Assembly (NCBI GenBank): GCA_030324005.1
Contig: JARDVH010000025.1
Span: forward strand, 40,164,836-40,228,835
Length of the DNA: 64,000 nucleotides
Reading direction: 5' to 3'
From: Negaprion brevirostris
Taxonomy: Eukaryota
The notes below the pieces were generated by a model, which searched no databases, was not told where the DNA came from, and saw only the letters and a list, made by a program, of their open reading frames with translations. Positions 48,031-60,506 of the stretch are shown piece by piece. A program made the translations under genes and the position numbers. Within the stretch, counting starts at the first letter, position 1; each line of letters begins with the position of its first letter.

Positions 48031-50960
48031 GTCCGAAAAGTCACCTCACTCTCTTATCCTCAAACTATAACCCTTAGTTCTGGATTCCCCCACCATTGGG
48101 AACATTCTTTCTGAATCTACTCTGTCTAATCCTGTTAGAATTTTATAAGTTTCTATGAAGACCCTTCTCACTCTTCTAAACTCCAGTGACTATAATCCTA
48201 ACTGACTTAGTCTCTTCTCATATGATGGACCTGCCATCCCAGGAATCAGCCTGGTAAACCTTTGCTGTACTCCCTCTATAGCAAGGACATCTTTCCTGAG
48301 TTTTGGGGCAGAAAAAAAAAAATGGGGTCGTCTAATACATTAGGTCAACTTAGAACACAAAAACACTACAGGTGGAGCATTTATGCCCCAACTTTGTAAA
48401 ATGGAAAGGGAGAAAGAAGGAACCACCTACAAGGACAAATAAGCATAGTTATTGCTTTGTTTTGATTTATTATTGTCACGTACTAATATACAGTGAGAAG
48501 TATTGTTTCTTGTGCATACTGTTCATAGAGAAGAAAAGGAGAGAGTAGAGCATATAGTGTTAAAGTCATAGCTAGGGTGTAGAAAAAAAAAATCTATTGA
48601 ATATAAGGCAGGTCCATTCAAAAAAAAATGTCTGTTGGTAGCAGGGAAGAAACTGTTCTCGAGTCGGTTGGTACGTGAGCTCAGACTTTTCTATTTTTTC
48701 CCCAACAGATGAAGGTGGAAGAGTGTATGTCCGGGGTGCGGGGGGTCCTTAATTATACTGCAGTTATTGGTAAGTTATTCCAGCATTATTGATGGAAAGA
48801 AAATTACCATGAGCTGGATTACATGCTAAGAAAACATTAGGAAAGACATTTTCTACAGCACTATTTTCTGAGTTAAAGGGCTGTTTATAGTTTAAAGGTC
48901 ATNNNNNNNNNNNNNNNNNNNNNNNNNNNNNNNNNNNNNNNNNNNNNNNNNNNNNNNNNNNNNNNNNNNNNNNNNNNNNNNNNNNNNNNNNNNNNNNNNN
49001 NNNNNNNNNNNNNNNNNNNNNNNNNNNNNNNNNNNNNNNNNNNNNNNNNNNNNNNNNNNNNNNNNNNNNNNNNNNNNNNNNNNNNNNNNNNNNNNNNNNN
49101 NNNNNNNGCCCTGATCTCATCTGTCTCCAATGTGAAAGCCCAGCTAATTTCAAAATCAATGAGCCACAGAAAATTGTTTCAATTTTAAACAAAAAAATAA
49201 GCCATTTGCTTCTTGCGCATTAGAATTTAGTTCAAGCATGCTATAATCTCTTGCCAAGTCCTTGCTCACCACAGGACAAAATGAAGTACTGTATATGCAA
49301 ACCATACTGTTCTTTTAGGATCGTGTCCAACCAAACCATCTTTACTTCATACAGACTTTCATTTGGACAACAAATTAGCACTTGGATGCCTGCCACTCAC
49401 AAAGTTAGATGCATTCAGTAGTAGGGCTGCGGCAATATCTGAGAGTATTGCATACAATGAACTGAAGGCTAACTAATTATAAATAAAGAGGTTATTCATG
49501 GAAAACAGCTTGAAATTTATTTACAATTCCAAAAATTAAACCAGCAAAGCTGAGAATTAGTAACTGCAGATCCATGTCCGATTACGAAGTAGGTCTCAGG
49601 CCCATTATTTCCCCTGACAATTGTTTTCTTTACACTGTAGTTAGTCACTTTTGCCAAATAGTAATGGTATGTGTTCTGCTTGAAGGCAAATCCTTGGCTC
49701 ATTGTCTGCTAACACTTCATCCTGAGCCATTTTCTTGGCTTCTTTTGTGAGGTTTTGCCACTGCCTTCCACTCAGGGGCGAGGTGAGGAGGCCGGTCTCC
49801 CAAGTCTACCTCAGCTGGAACGGGAATCATAGAATCCCTATAGTGCAGAAGTAATAATCCCATTGAATCTACACCGACTCCAACAGTGCACCTCACCTAG
49901 GCCCACCCCCCAACCCATTCCCTTAACCTCACACATTTACCCTGCCAATCCCCCTAGCCTAAACCTTCAGGCACTAAGCAGCAATTTACCATGGCCAATC
50001 CACCATCTTTGGAGTGTGGGAGGAAACCCACACAGACACGAGGAGACTGTACAGACTCCATTCAGACACAGTCACCCAAGGCCGGAATTGAACCCGGGTT
50101 GCTGGAGCTGTGAGACAGCAGTTCTAACCACTGCGCCACCATGCTACCCAAATTGAGCCCAGATTTTGGTGCTATTTTGAACAACATGAGAATCATCTAG
50201 CCAATTTCTGATTAAAAAATACAAAACAAAAGGTGGTAAAACATAGGAACTTTGAGCCTGCTCTGCAATTCATTTTGATCATAGAATTCAATATCCTGAT
50301 TTCCCCCCCTTCCCCTAAATTCCTTGACTCCTTTAGCCTCAAGAGCTACATCTAATTTCAACACTTTGACCTCAACTACATTTTGTGGTAGTGAATTCCA
50401 CACGTTCACCACCCTCTGATGAAGAAATTTCTCCTTACTTCAGTTCTAAAAGGTTTACTCCTTGTCCTCAAACTATGACCCTTAATTCTGGACTCCTCCA
50501 CCATTGGAAACATTCTTTTTGAATCTAACCCTGCTAGAATTTTATAAGTATTTATGAGATTCCCCCCCCCCCCCCGCCGGCNNNNNNNNNNNNNNNNNNN
50601 NNNNNNNNNNNNNNNNNNNNNNNNNNNNNNNNNNNNNNNNNNNNNNNNNNNNNNNNNNNNNNNNNNNNNNNNNNNNNNNNNNNNNNNNNNNNNNNNNNNN
50701 NNNNNNNNNNNNNNNNNNNNNNNNNNNNNNNNNNNNNNNNNNNNNNNNNACATCCTTATACTTAAATCCTCCAGCCATGAAGGCTACACGTCATTTGTCT
50801 GCTGTACCTGTGTGTTTACTTTCAATGACTGATGTACAAGGACATCAAAGTCTCACTACCGCTCTGAATTTGCACCTGTTCAAGTAACAATCTGTCTTTC
50901 TATTATTGCTACCAAAGTGGATAATCTCACATATCCACATTATACTGCATCTGCCATGCA

Positions 50961-51040
50961 AATGCCCACACACTCAGCCTGTCCCAATTACACTGAAGCA
51001 AATGCCCACACATTCAGCCTGTCCCAATTATACTGAAGCA
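50961..51040. repeat. 40-bp tandem duplication inside a CR1 fragment
   Basis: aatgcccacaca(c/t)tcagcctgtcccaatta(c/t)actgaagca x2, two mismatches. Confidence 0.92.
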
Positions 51041-52239
51041 TCGCTGCATCCTCCTCACAGGTTTATCCTCCCACCCAACTTTGTATCATCTGCAAATTTG
51101 AACATGATACATTCCCTCTTCCAAATCACAAATGTAATAATAAAGATGTGAACTAGAGACTATTTTTTACTGTATGAAACTAAAACCAGTGTGATCCCAT
51201 TGACCACACAATACAGGCAGACTAAGCAAAAAGGTCACAATTCTAGACACGCCTTCAACAAAGGCTTAAATGAATTACTGAGCATTATCTGAATTTAGCC
51301 CACACTTTTACAAAACTAAAGAGTTAATAACGGCATACTCATCTAAAAGGTACATTGCAAAACTACAAACAAATTAATGCTAGTAAAGATTTGGGAATTA
51401 TTTGCGGCCAATTAATTCTTGTTAGAACTAGTAGCTAGCTGTTAATCGCCCAAGTCAAAATTATAATGACAGCAGATTTTTCAGCACTCACCATCATTAC
51501 TGTGCAAAAACAAACTACGACGTCTGGTGTCCACAATGGACAATTAAACATGAAGGTCTGAAAGTTGCTGTCAGTGATTCCCTGTTGCCCCACAGAGATT
51601 GCAACTGCAGTCTTTGCAGATGCAATCAACAATTTGACATAAACTTCATCTTTCTATGCACGGTTCTCACTGCAAAAACTGAGAAAAATATTAAGCCCCG
51701 TTGAACGAGGTGAGATTGAGTTTTTAAGTGGTGTGTCAAATCAGAATGACCACCAAACAGCCCCAGATCTGAAAATCTAATTTTGTAATCTGGAAGGTCA
51801 TTTCCTAGGTGGTCAAAATTCTTATTGTTTTAAGAATCTGTGACATTTTTAACTTTGTTTATATTTCAGCTGTAATCCCATGCACATATCCAATATTTAT
51901 TTGGCTCTATAAAACGAGTAAAAAAAGTGAAGGATAATCAGTGCTTTTTTTTACTTCCGGGTGATTCAGTTTCCAAATAACATCTAATAGAAAAGAAGGT
52001 ATCACGTAATTTGCCAGTTCCTTATTCTTAAAATATCCTACCATTTTCCGGCAACGCTACAAAGGAAGTCAAAGTTCAAAGGGTTGTGGGCATAGGAAGC
52101 AAAAGAACTGAATGTGACCTTCCCGGCAATTGCCCATTTACCATAATACGTCATTCTCAGATGTAATTGTACTGATGGCTATATTACGGTCCTGATCAAT
52201 TTTGTGCCCATCAGGCTAAATTTAATGGTAGCAGCAGTG

Positions 52240-52399
52240 GCCCTATCCACTAAGGGTAAAGTTGCTTTGGTCCCAGATGATCATAGACTGCTCTCTGCAT
52301 TGAAGGGGAGAGTTAACTGATGGAGATTTAACCTAAGGATCACCATTCCTCAGGTGAGGGGCAAGTTGAGAAGGTGAATGACCTCAGCCCTATCCACTA
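52240..52399. mobile_element. Short retroposon fragment with a 13-bp target-site duplication
   Basis: GCCCTATCCACTA at 52240-52252 and 52387-52399 flanking 134 bp. Confidence 0.6.
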
Positions 52400-53499
52400 G
52401 ACAGAAAGTTAGTAACTACCCATCCATAATTTCTGGGAGCACCACTGGAATTAACTAGCTACTTGCCATCAAGATTCGCAAGCATTTGAAGATTAGGGCT
52501 GGTTGCTCTTCACTCCAGGTTGCACCACCAGGAGTGGCTGCAGCAGGCCAGACAGCAGTGTTGGAAGCCTGGAGTAAAATTAATTGGATAGGTTAGTGTG
52601 AACCAGTCAGGCAGCCCTAACGAAGGTGGAGGGGAGGAAATAATTGGTGCGGAGGGGTCTTTCAGTGCAATAAGGTCTGAGTGGACAAATGTATCAACGG
52701 ATCAGGTCCTCACAAGCACTTTATTCTGCTGCAGGAAAAATGCAATAACTGTGATTATGCTTTTGCCATGTTTTCTTTTAACAGTCTAAGCTGTGAAGCA
52801 TTCAAAAAACACAAGAGGAAAGCCAGAAGTTTAAAAAAGAACATAGATTCCCAATATGATATCTAGCCAAGAATTGTAAGACTGTTGTTTAGAGAAGGTA
52901 CTATGAGATTTCACGAGAAGGATTGGGAAAGCAAGCGACAAAATAGGTGATGAAATTCTAGCTAACAACTTTCAAAGATCTGGATTGGGTGATGATTACA
53001 AAATAGGAAGCATAAGGTTCTGTAACCTGGGTTTAATAACACAAAAATAAAAGTGCTTAGTGATTTATTTTGATCAGAAGGATCCACGTCATTTGTTGGC
53101 CATCTTCATATCAAATGCTGTCATGTGCTGAAAATGAACACAATTTAAATACAAAGGATTCATTCAACTAACTAATGCTATATGTAAACAGAACAAAATT
53201 ATTGGACTGGGAGTGGGGAACACCTAACAAATTCTTTCGATGTTTCCTTAAGTGGGAGGCAACTTTAGTTCCACAAGCACAAACAGAAGAAATCAGAAAA
53301 ACAACTCAAAATGCACATCAGTTCTGTCTGCATATGAAAATGAAAGATGGGAAACTGGCTCAACTGTGACCTAAATGTACGTTCAAATACAACTGTCGGC
53401 CTCCTTCAGGATCTGACTAACTAAAAAAATTATTTCTGGGGATGCATATATACGTTAAAACATATATGTTAAAATATGTTTAACCTATACTTAATGCTA

Positions 53500-53716
53500 T
53501 CTCTACTCACATTGTCTGCGCCTTTAAGACTTGATTAGCTGTAAAGACTCCTCGCATTCTAATTAGAATTCTGTAAACTGAGTGTGTGCCTTTATATGCC
53601 CTGTTTGTGATCAGAACACCCCACTTACCTGATGAAGGAGCAGTGCTCCGAAAGCTAGTGGCATTTGCTACCAAATAAATCTGTTGGACTTTAACCTGGT
53701 GTTGTGAGACTTCTTA
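53500..53716 (+). mobile_element. Penelope-like pseudo-LTR/3' fragment
   Basis: Hammerhead followed by the family tail aataaatctgttggactttaacctggtgttgtgagacttctta. Confidence 0.6.
53625..53661 (+). ncRNA. Minimal type I hammerhead ribozyme motif in a Penelope-like repeat
   Basis: TTAC-CTGATGA-A-GGAGC(AGT)GCTCC-GAAA-GC-TA-GTGG; core intact, stem I weakened by G.U pairs. Confidence 0.7.
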
Positions 53717-56700
53717 AGTGGAGTGTCAGTGACTGGAGTTTGGGTTGGGGCAACCAGAGGGAGAGCACTGCATGAGAAGGGATGATCAGCAATTAGGGTT
53801 TGGGGAATTGGGAAAGGTGAAGAAAAAGGCACCTTTAGTGTTAGATATTGTTGATGCACTTGCTTGACCGAAGGGGCTTTTCCTGCACTGTATGTATGAC
53901 TCTATGGAGAAAGGAAAATTGCTATTAGCACAGCGGGGGCCAAAGACTTCCTCGAGGGCTGAAGTGAGCGTGTGCGTGTGAGCAAATTAATGCAGTTTTT
54001 AAGCTAAAACCAAACATTCATGCTCAGGTTATCTTTTATTCAATGTATAAAAGAACTGAATAGGCCACAAGAATCCTGCACATGGCATAACTAAATTATC
54101 AAAACATACCTCACCTACACCCTTCTCCTTCGGAATTAATAGAAATGGGGGAGTTCTTCATTTTTGTGATGTAATTAATAAAGGAATGTCATTGAACAAG
54201 CTCCTCAAACACATGAACGTTTTCCTTTGGCTTTACAAAAGCTTGTCTGTACAGGTTTACAAACGTACAATAAGTTCTTGTTTGTTTATGCAAGATTCTT
54301 TTCTCTTTTAAATTCGAAGGAGTGGATTTAATGCAGTGCTAATGGATAGGACCCAAGTACTCTACTATTCCACCTGATTAAATCACAGTCTACAGTTGTG
54401 TTACATAACATTAATTTGAAATCATTATCTGATTAAATTTCACTTCTACAGCAACAGAACTTAGATTTAATATAGCACCATTAAGGTAATGAAACATCTC
54501 AAAGCACTTCACAGGAGCATTATTAAAAAAGGTCGAGTCACAAAGCGATATTAGGGCAGGTTCCAAAAGCTTGGTCAAAGAGTGAGGTTTAAAGGGGTGC
54601 CTTCAAGAAGGAATTTCAGACCTAAATAATAGAAGGCACAGCCACCAATGAGGTAATTGAATTTTAATGCAGAGAAGCATGAACGTACATATTTTGGTAG
54701 GAAGAACGAGGAGATGGAATACCAAAAAAGATACAATTCTAAGGGATTGCAGGGGCAGAGGGCCACTGCAGGTGGCTGGACTGGTTGCGAAAGTGGTTAA
54801 TAAAACAGACAGGATCCTGGACTTTACAAATAGAGGGACAGATACAGAAACAAGCCTTCATTAGATCTGCATTTCCAATAAACTATTGAGGGGGTGTTTG
54901 AAATAAAACAGGAAATTGAGCTTCCTGGAGAAAACATCGTGAACAAATGAGACTCGATTTGGATCCAGAGTCCAGGGATATTAATATCGTGGAATAGAAT
55001 AGCATCATCTTGACTATTAAATGTCATTCTAATGAGGAAAATACCAACATTCAAACTTAGTTAATTTTCACAACATTAAAAAAATCTGCTACTCAAAACT
55101 CTGCATCATGACATAATTGCTTGCCAAAACCAAGAACAACATGTTTCTATTTTAAACCAAGGTTACGTGATAGATTGAAAAGCTGATGATAAGAATTTAA
55201 GGGTGAGTTTTAACCTTTTCTGTCCAGGTTGCCAGTGACAGGGCTGGGAGTTTGGGCTATTAAAATACAGTTTACCCTTACTCACTGCAACATTAACCCA
55301 TGGCATAAGACATCAGCTGCAGCAACTTCCCAACAGGTCAGATTTGCTGAATAATAAAACGTGGTTCAACAAGACAAACTTCTTTACTTTTTAAGAAAAA
55401 GGTTTGCTAGTTGGCTTAAGGCATCAGGAGTGCTCTTCCAGGAACTACAAGGAAACCTTGAGCCTCTTTTTGCCTGAGACAGCTCCTTCTCCCATGACCG
55501 TAATCATTTGCTGACCCACTCTCAATGAATCCAATTTAGTTCAAGGCACAATTTCCATAGCTCCAAGGCTATTTAGTCTCCTGTCACCATAAATTCCACT
55601 TGCAGCCAATGACTAGGTAGGCAATGATACTCAGCACCACACTTAAGTTGGCGAGGTTTTGCTTTATTCCCAACATCTACTCATTTCGTGCACTCCCACT
55701 CAAATTAAGCCCTCAATTTCACTGGAGCATGAAGTGCTATCACAGGATTGGGATACTAAAATGTAAAGAAACTTGTCTTGTTGAGCAACCTCCTATCCTG
55801 CAGTCAGTTTGACCTGCTGGGCAGTTGCCACTGCTTCTGTCTTATGCCATGGATTAATATTGCAGAGGAATACTAAAAGTGCATGATCAACTATGATCAT
55901 AGTGAATGGTGGTGTAGGCTCAAAGGGCCAAATGGCCTACTCCTACAGCTATTTACTATGTTTCTAAATAGTAACTTCTTTACCAATGACAAATATTGAA
56001 CAAATGTTAACCTATGTACACAACGTAACAAAAGCATTAAATGAAGTTCAAGACCACTACAGGGTAGCACCAGTTTGCAATTTGCACTTCTAATGGTTAT
56101 TGATTTGTTTTCTTGGTTGGAAAGAGAATGGACTATGCAGGTAATATTCAACCCCTGGTTGCCAGGAAACAATGTGGACCTGATACATAATCAAATCAAT
56201 AGCTGCAGTGCCTGTGATTTTCTGACATACATTTCACTGTCTGCCAGGATCCACTACTAGCATAAGGCCTCAGTTGGATCTATATCAACATTGGCAGCAC
56301 GAGTCAGTTTACTCCCCCAAGCAGCAAGCAGCCATTGGACAATTCAAAGGATCGCAGCTTTAGTCTCTATTTTTATTGGAACTCAAGATTTTCTCTGTTC
56401 CATTAGAATATAACAATTGCTGCAATACATGATAGCTTGCCACGTTATTGTTTGAGATGATCAAACTGTGACACAGAATACTGAGAGGCCCAGATAGAAT
56501 AGACATGGAGAGGACTTTTCCACTAGTCGGAGAGACTGGATCTTGAGCTTAAATAGTGAAGAGACGCTCCTTTAAAATTGAGATGAGGGGGAACTTCTTC
56601 AGCTAGAGGGTGGTGAATCTGTTATATGCATTGCTACAGAAGGCTGTAGAGGCCAGGTCATTGAGTGTCTTTAAGACAGAGATAAATATGTCCTTGATCA

Positions 56701-57346
56701 ATAGTTACAGGGAGAAGGCAGGAAAATGGGGATGAGAATCATATCAGCCATGATTGAATGGCAGAGTAGATTCAATGGGCCGAATGGCCAAATTCGACTC
56801 CAATATCTTATGATCTTATGTGATGAAGCATTATTCTTCTTCTGTGAAGCATCTTTTCAGACAACCAGTGCTCATAGTCACTCTGATCAGAAAGATAAAG
56901 TACACTGGACACAAACAGTGAAAGTGAATCTCTGAATTTACAGTCCTCTACCTCTTCCTATGATGCTTCTGGTGTTACTAAAGCACCAAAATAGATCACT
57001 TAAACAAGTTACAAGCCAATTTTAGGTCACTTGTAGTTTCAGGTGCCATATTCCACCCCCTCACCCAATAGGCTGTCAACTGACTTCAATCTACTCAAAA
57101 GCCTGCAGCCATTTTACACAGGAGCCTTAATTGTGTGAGGGTGGGGCTTCTGTCCCCATCTGGGAGAAAGTCCAACTCAGGGAGCTGCCAGCCAATCTGG
57201 TTGGAGGCAGCTCTGTACTTCCAGTAGTGCCAGGTTGCAGTTGTGGCCACTGTTGTACAGCTCTCACCAACTTATACAGATGCACCATAGAAAGCATTCT
57301 TTCAGCTTGGTATGGCTCCTGCTCTTCCCAAGACCACAAAAAGCTA

Positions 57347-57432
57347 CAAGTCACCTGATGAAGGGGCAGTGCTCCAAAAGCTTGTGGCTTGTGCCACCAA
57401 ATAAACCTGTTGGACTTTAACCTGGTGTTGTG
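57347..57432 (+). mobile_element. Penelope-like fragment with mutated hammerhead
   Basis: CTGATGA-A-GGGGC(AGT)GCTCC-AAAA (GAAA lost) plus the same family tail. Confidence 0.6.
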
Positions 57433-58379
57433 CAACTGTGGCGTACAGTCAGGAGACAGTTGCCCCCAAAATTCTCAACATCTACCTCCAGACTTGAAGA
57501 TTCCCAGGATTAGGTCAAAAATGGGTAAGGAAACTTCCAGCTCATNNNNNNNNNNNNNNNNNNNNNNNNNNNNNNNNNNNNNNNNNNNNNNNNNNNNNNN
57601 NNNNNNNNNNNNNNNNNNNNNNNNNNNNNNNNNNNNNNNNNNNNNNNNNNNNNNNNNNNNNNNNNNNNNNNNNNNNNNNNNNNNNNNNNNNNNNNNNNNN
57701 NNNNNNNNNNNNNNNNNNNNNNNNNNNNNNNNNNNNNNNNNNNNNNNNNNNNNNNNNNNNNNNNNNNNNNNNNNNNNNNNNNNNNNNNNNNNNNNNNNNN
57801 NNNNNNNNNNNNNNNNNNNNNNNNNNNNNNNNNNNNNNNNNNNNNNNNNNNNNNNNNNNNNNNNNNNNNNNNNNNNNNNNNNNNNNNNNNNNNNNNNNNN
57901 NNNNNNNNNNNNNNNNNNNNNCAAGTGGGATAGATTTTGCAAAAGATCTCCAAAATGGGCAACCATGAAGTGCTTTATTCAACCACAAACTACAAACTCA
58001 TGGTCTGGCAGGTTCCCCGCTCTACCATTATCATCAAGCCAGGGGATCAACCCTGGTTCAATGAAAAGTGCAGGAGGGCATGCCAGGAACAGCACCAGGC
58101 AGACCTAAAAACGAGGTATCAACCGGCTGAAGGACTACTTGTATGCCAAACAGTGGAATCAGCACACAGAGTAAAGGATAATTGGTCCTCCCAAGAAAGT
58201 TAAGTGCCTTCTTTCCTTTCACCAGCCTTTGGCTTTCATTCAGGGAACCTTTAAATGTATCTGCGTTACTTGGACAAACACACAAGCTTTATCTACTGGG
58301 TACTGAAGGATTGAATCATCAGATCACATATTTAGATCAGATTTATTTCTTTAAAGTCAGTAATGACAAGACTTGCATA

Positions 58380-59255
58380 GACTGTGAAGAGACAGTATCA
58401 CGATAATGGGGGAAAACCCTGAGTTACATGTGAATTTACTGAACTTTTAATAAATTGCTAGTGGGTGACACCTTTTTGAGACAGGGATACATCAAAAACA
58501 CAAAAACCATACAGAAACTAACTGTCACCTCCCGTGAAGATAATGGGAGCTGATTATCATCTCAGAAAGAATGATACCCTGCGAACAAGGTCCCTGTGCA
58601 GTTTGTTGATTTTCATCTTTCAGGCATATACAAAAAAAAACAATAAAAGCAAGCTGCAAAAACTTAGCCAGTTGCAATTGGTGCTGGATGTGCCAGAGTA
58701 CGAGATGAGATACAAGAGGAAAGGCAGCAGCAGACCCCCTGCAAAAAGACGCTTTGCAGGGAACTCTGTCTGATTGCTAAAGCAAGCCAAATCAGCAAAG
58801 CCAGAGCTGAAAAGGAAGCAGGGCTGCTTCTTAGCTAAACCACAGAACACTGGAATTCAAAGCCAGCTCTTCATCTGCTGAAATCAGCACTATTGGAATT
58901 ACAAATCACAATGGCCACAATGTTCCACCATTTACTCCTCACAGACGAATCAACAAGATTAATTTGTGTGCTTTTTAAAAAAAAACTTAATTTTGGATTC
59001 AATTCTCATTTCTAATTTTTGTGAATATATGCACAAGTGCTTCATTATTTTTCTCGCATTTAGTAGCTGATAAACTCAACATTTTTTTAACTCAAGAGAA
59101 CCTGGTTAAATTGGCTCCTTTTAAAGCATAAGTACATCAGAACCGGGAAAATGTATCTGCAAGGCAAGGGATTCCATCTAAAATTAATCTTGTTGCGACC
59201 ACCCCAAGGAGTTAAATAAAGGGAGCCAGTTAATCCCTCCTCACCCAGGGAAAAC
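58380..59255 (+). mobile_element. Possible decayed LTR
   Basis: Composition and the ending aataaagggagccagttaatccctcctcacccagg resemble an LTR 3' end; termini not resolved. Confidence 0.25.
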
Positions 59256-60399
59256 AATTTGGGGGCATCCCATCTAGAATTTAACAAATTGCAGAGTTTT
59301 GCCGGTTCTGACAACAGCAACCAAGAATTTTACAACTATCATGTTCAGTAAAAGCATGTCATATTCCTAACTTCTGGAACTGTCTTTTTGCTTAGAGTCA
59401 CCATTAAACTGTTAATTTGGCTGCCAAGGGGTCAGGTGACCTTTGCTTTTCAACACAGTCAAACTTCTGCAAAGTTCCAAATGTAATTATCATGGATGGG
59501 GGCTTCCCTCTGGATAAACCAAGACGCGTATCAGCTCTGAAATTTACGACTGCCATTGTTCAAACTCAAAACAGAAGTCAATGGCCCCCTAAACTCTGCG
59601 CCCCCTGGGTTTACAACTTTTTTTAAAAAGCTGACAAGAACCAGTTATCAACAAGTATGAAAGACCATCACCTATCTGCGATTGTGTAGTGCTGGTTTGA
59701 ACTTCCAAAACAGTTCTGCTTGAACGATTGTCAGCAACAGTTATGTGATCAAAACTGGCTCGTGATAACGAACTTTATCTCAAGATTCAGAGAAATGAGA
59801 GTGGACTGCAGAAGAACACCGATGTGACAACAGCTACAGAGAAAAGGCTGTACCATCTTTGGCTTCCAAGAACCATCAGTCATTAGTCACAGGAACCAAC
59901 TTTGAAACTGAAACAGGTTAAATACTTTGGTTGCTTGACGACATACAATGAGTTTCAAAGATCACCTGATAAATAACCTCCTAGATATTCAACTACAAGA
60001 AACTTCACACCCTGCAGTGAACTTTTAGCTTTATAAGAAACATACTTCAACTTTATTTCATTGATATTGTTCAACAAACTACAAATCTGTGGAAAGGGTG
60101 TGTGTGCACATGTTTGTGTATGCATATGGGAGAGAGAAACTATGAATGACTGTGTGTTAATTTAGGGTTAAAATGTATAAGATAAATAACCTTCCTTATG
60201 TTAAATTCACAAAAGCTTGATTCTGCATTATTTAATTGCAATACACATTCCAAGTGTAAGAAGTGACATACAAAACATACTGATTATGGGCATTAAGAAA
60301 GCATATCCACTCAGTACTTGACAATTATAAATCTGCATTTTAAAAATGACTATGTAAGCTAATTAATATATTAGAATCAACACTAAAGTAATGTCTTAC

Positions 60400-60506
60400 C
60401 GATTTAGCGCAAAGGCATAATGAAATTTGATGTGAAGATTGTCCACTAGATCACAGGTCGGGAGTTTTTCCAAAGTTTCCACCAATGTTACTATGGCATT
60501 GTAATC
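60400..60506 (-). CDS. MAP3K5: MAP3K5 coding exon (approx. exon 6), [36 protein letters not shown]
   Basis: Read by hand (not in ORF track); acceptor ttcttttgtcaAG, donor CG|GTAAGA; 107 nt; phase 0 to 2 fits neighbours. Confidence 0.95.
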
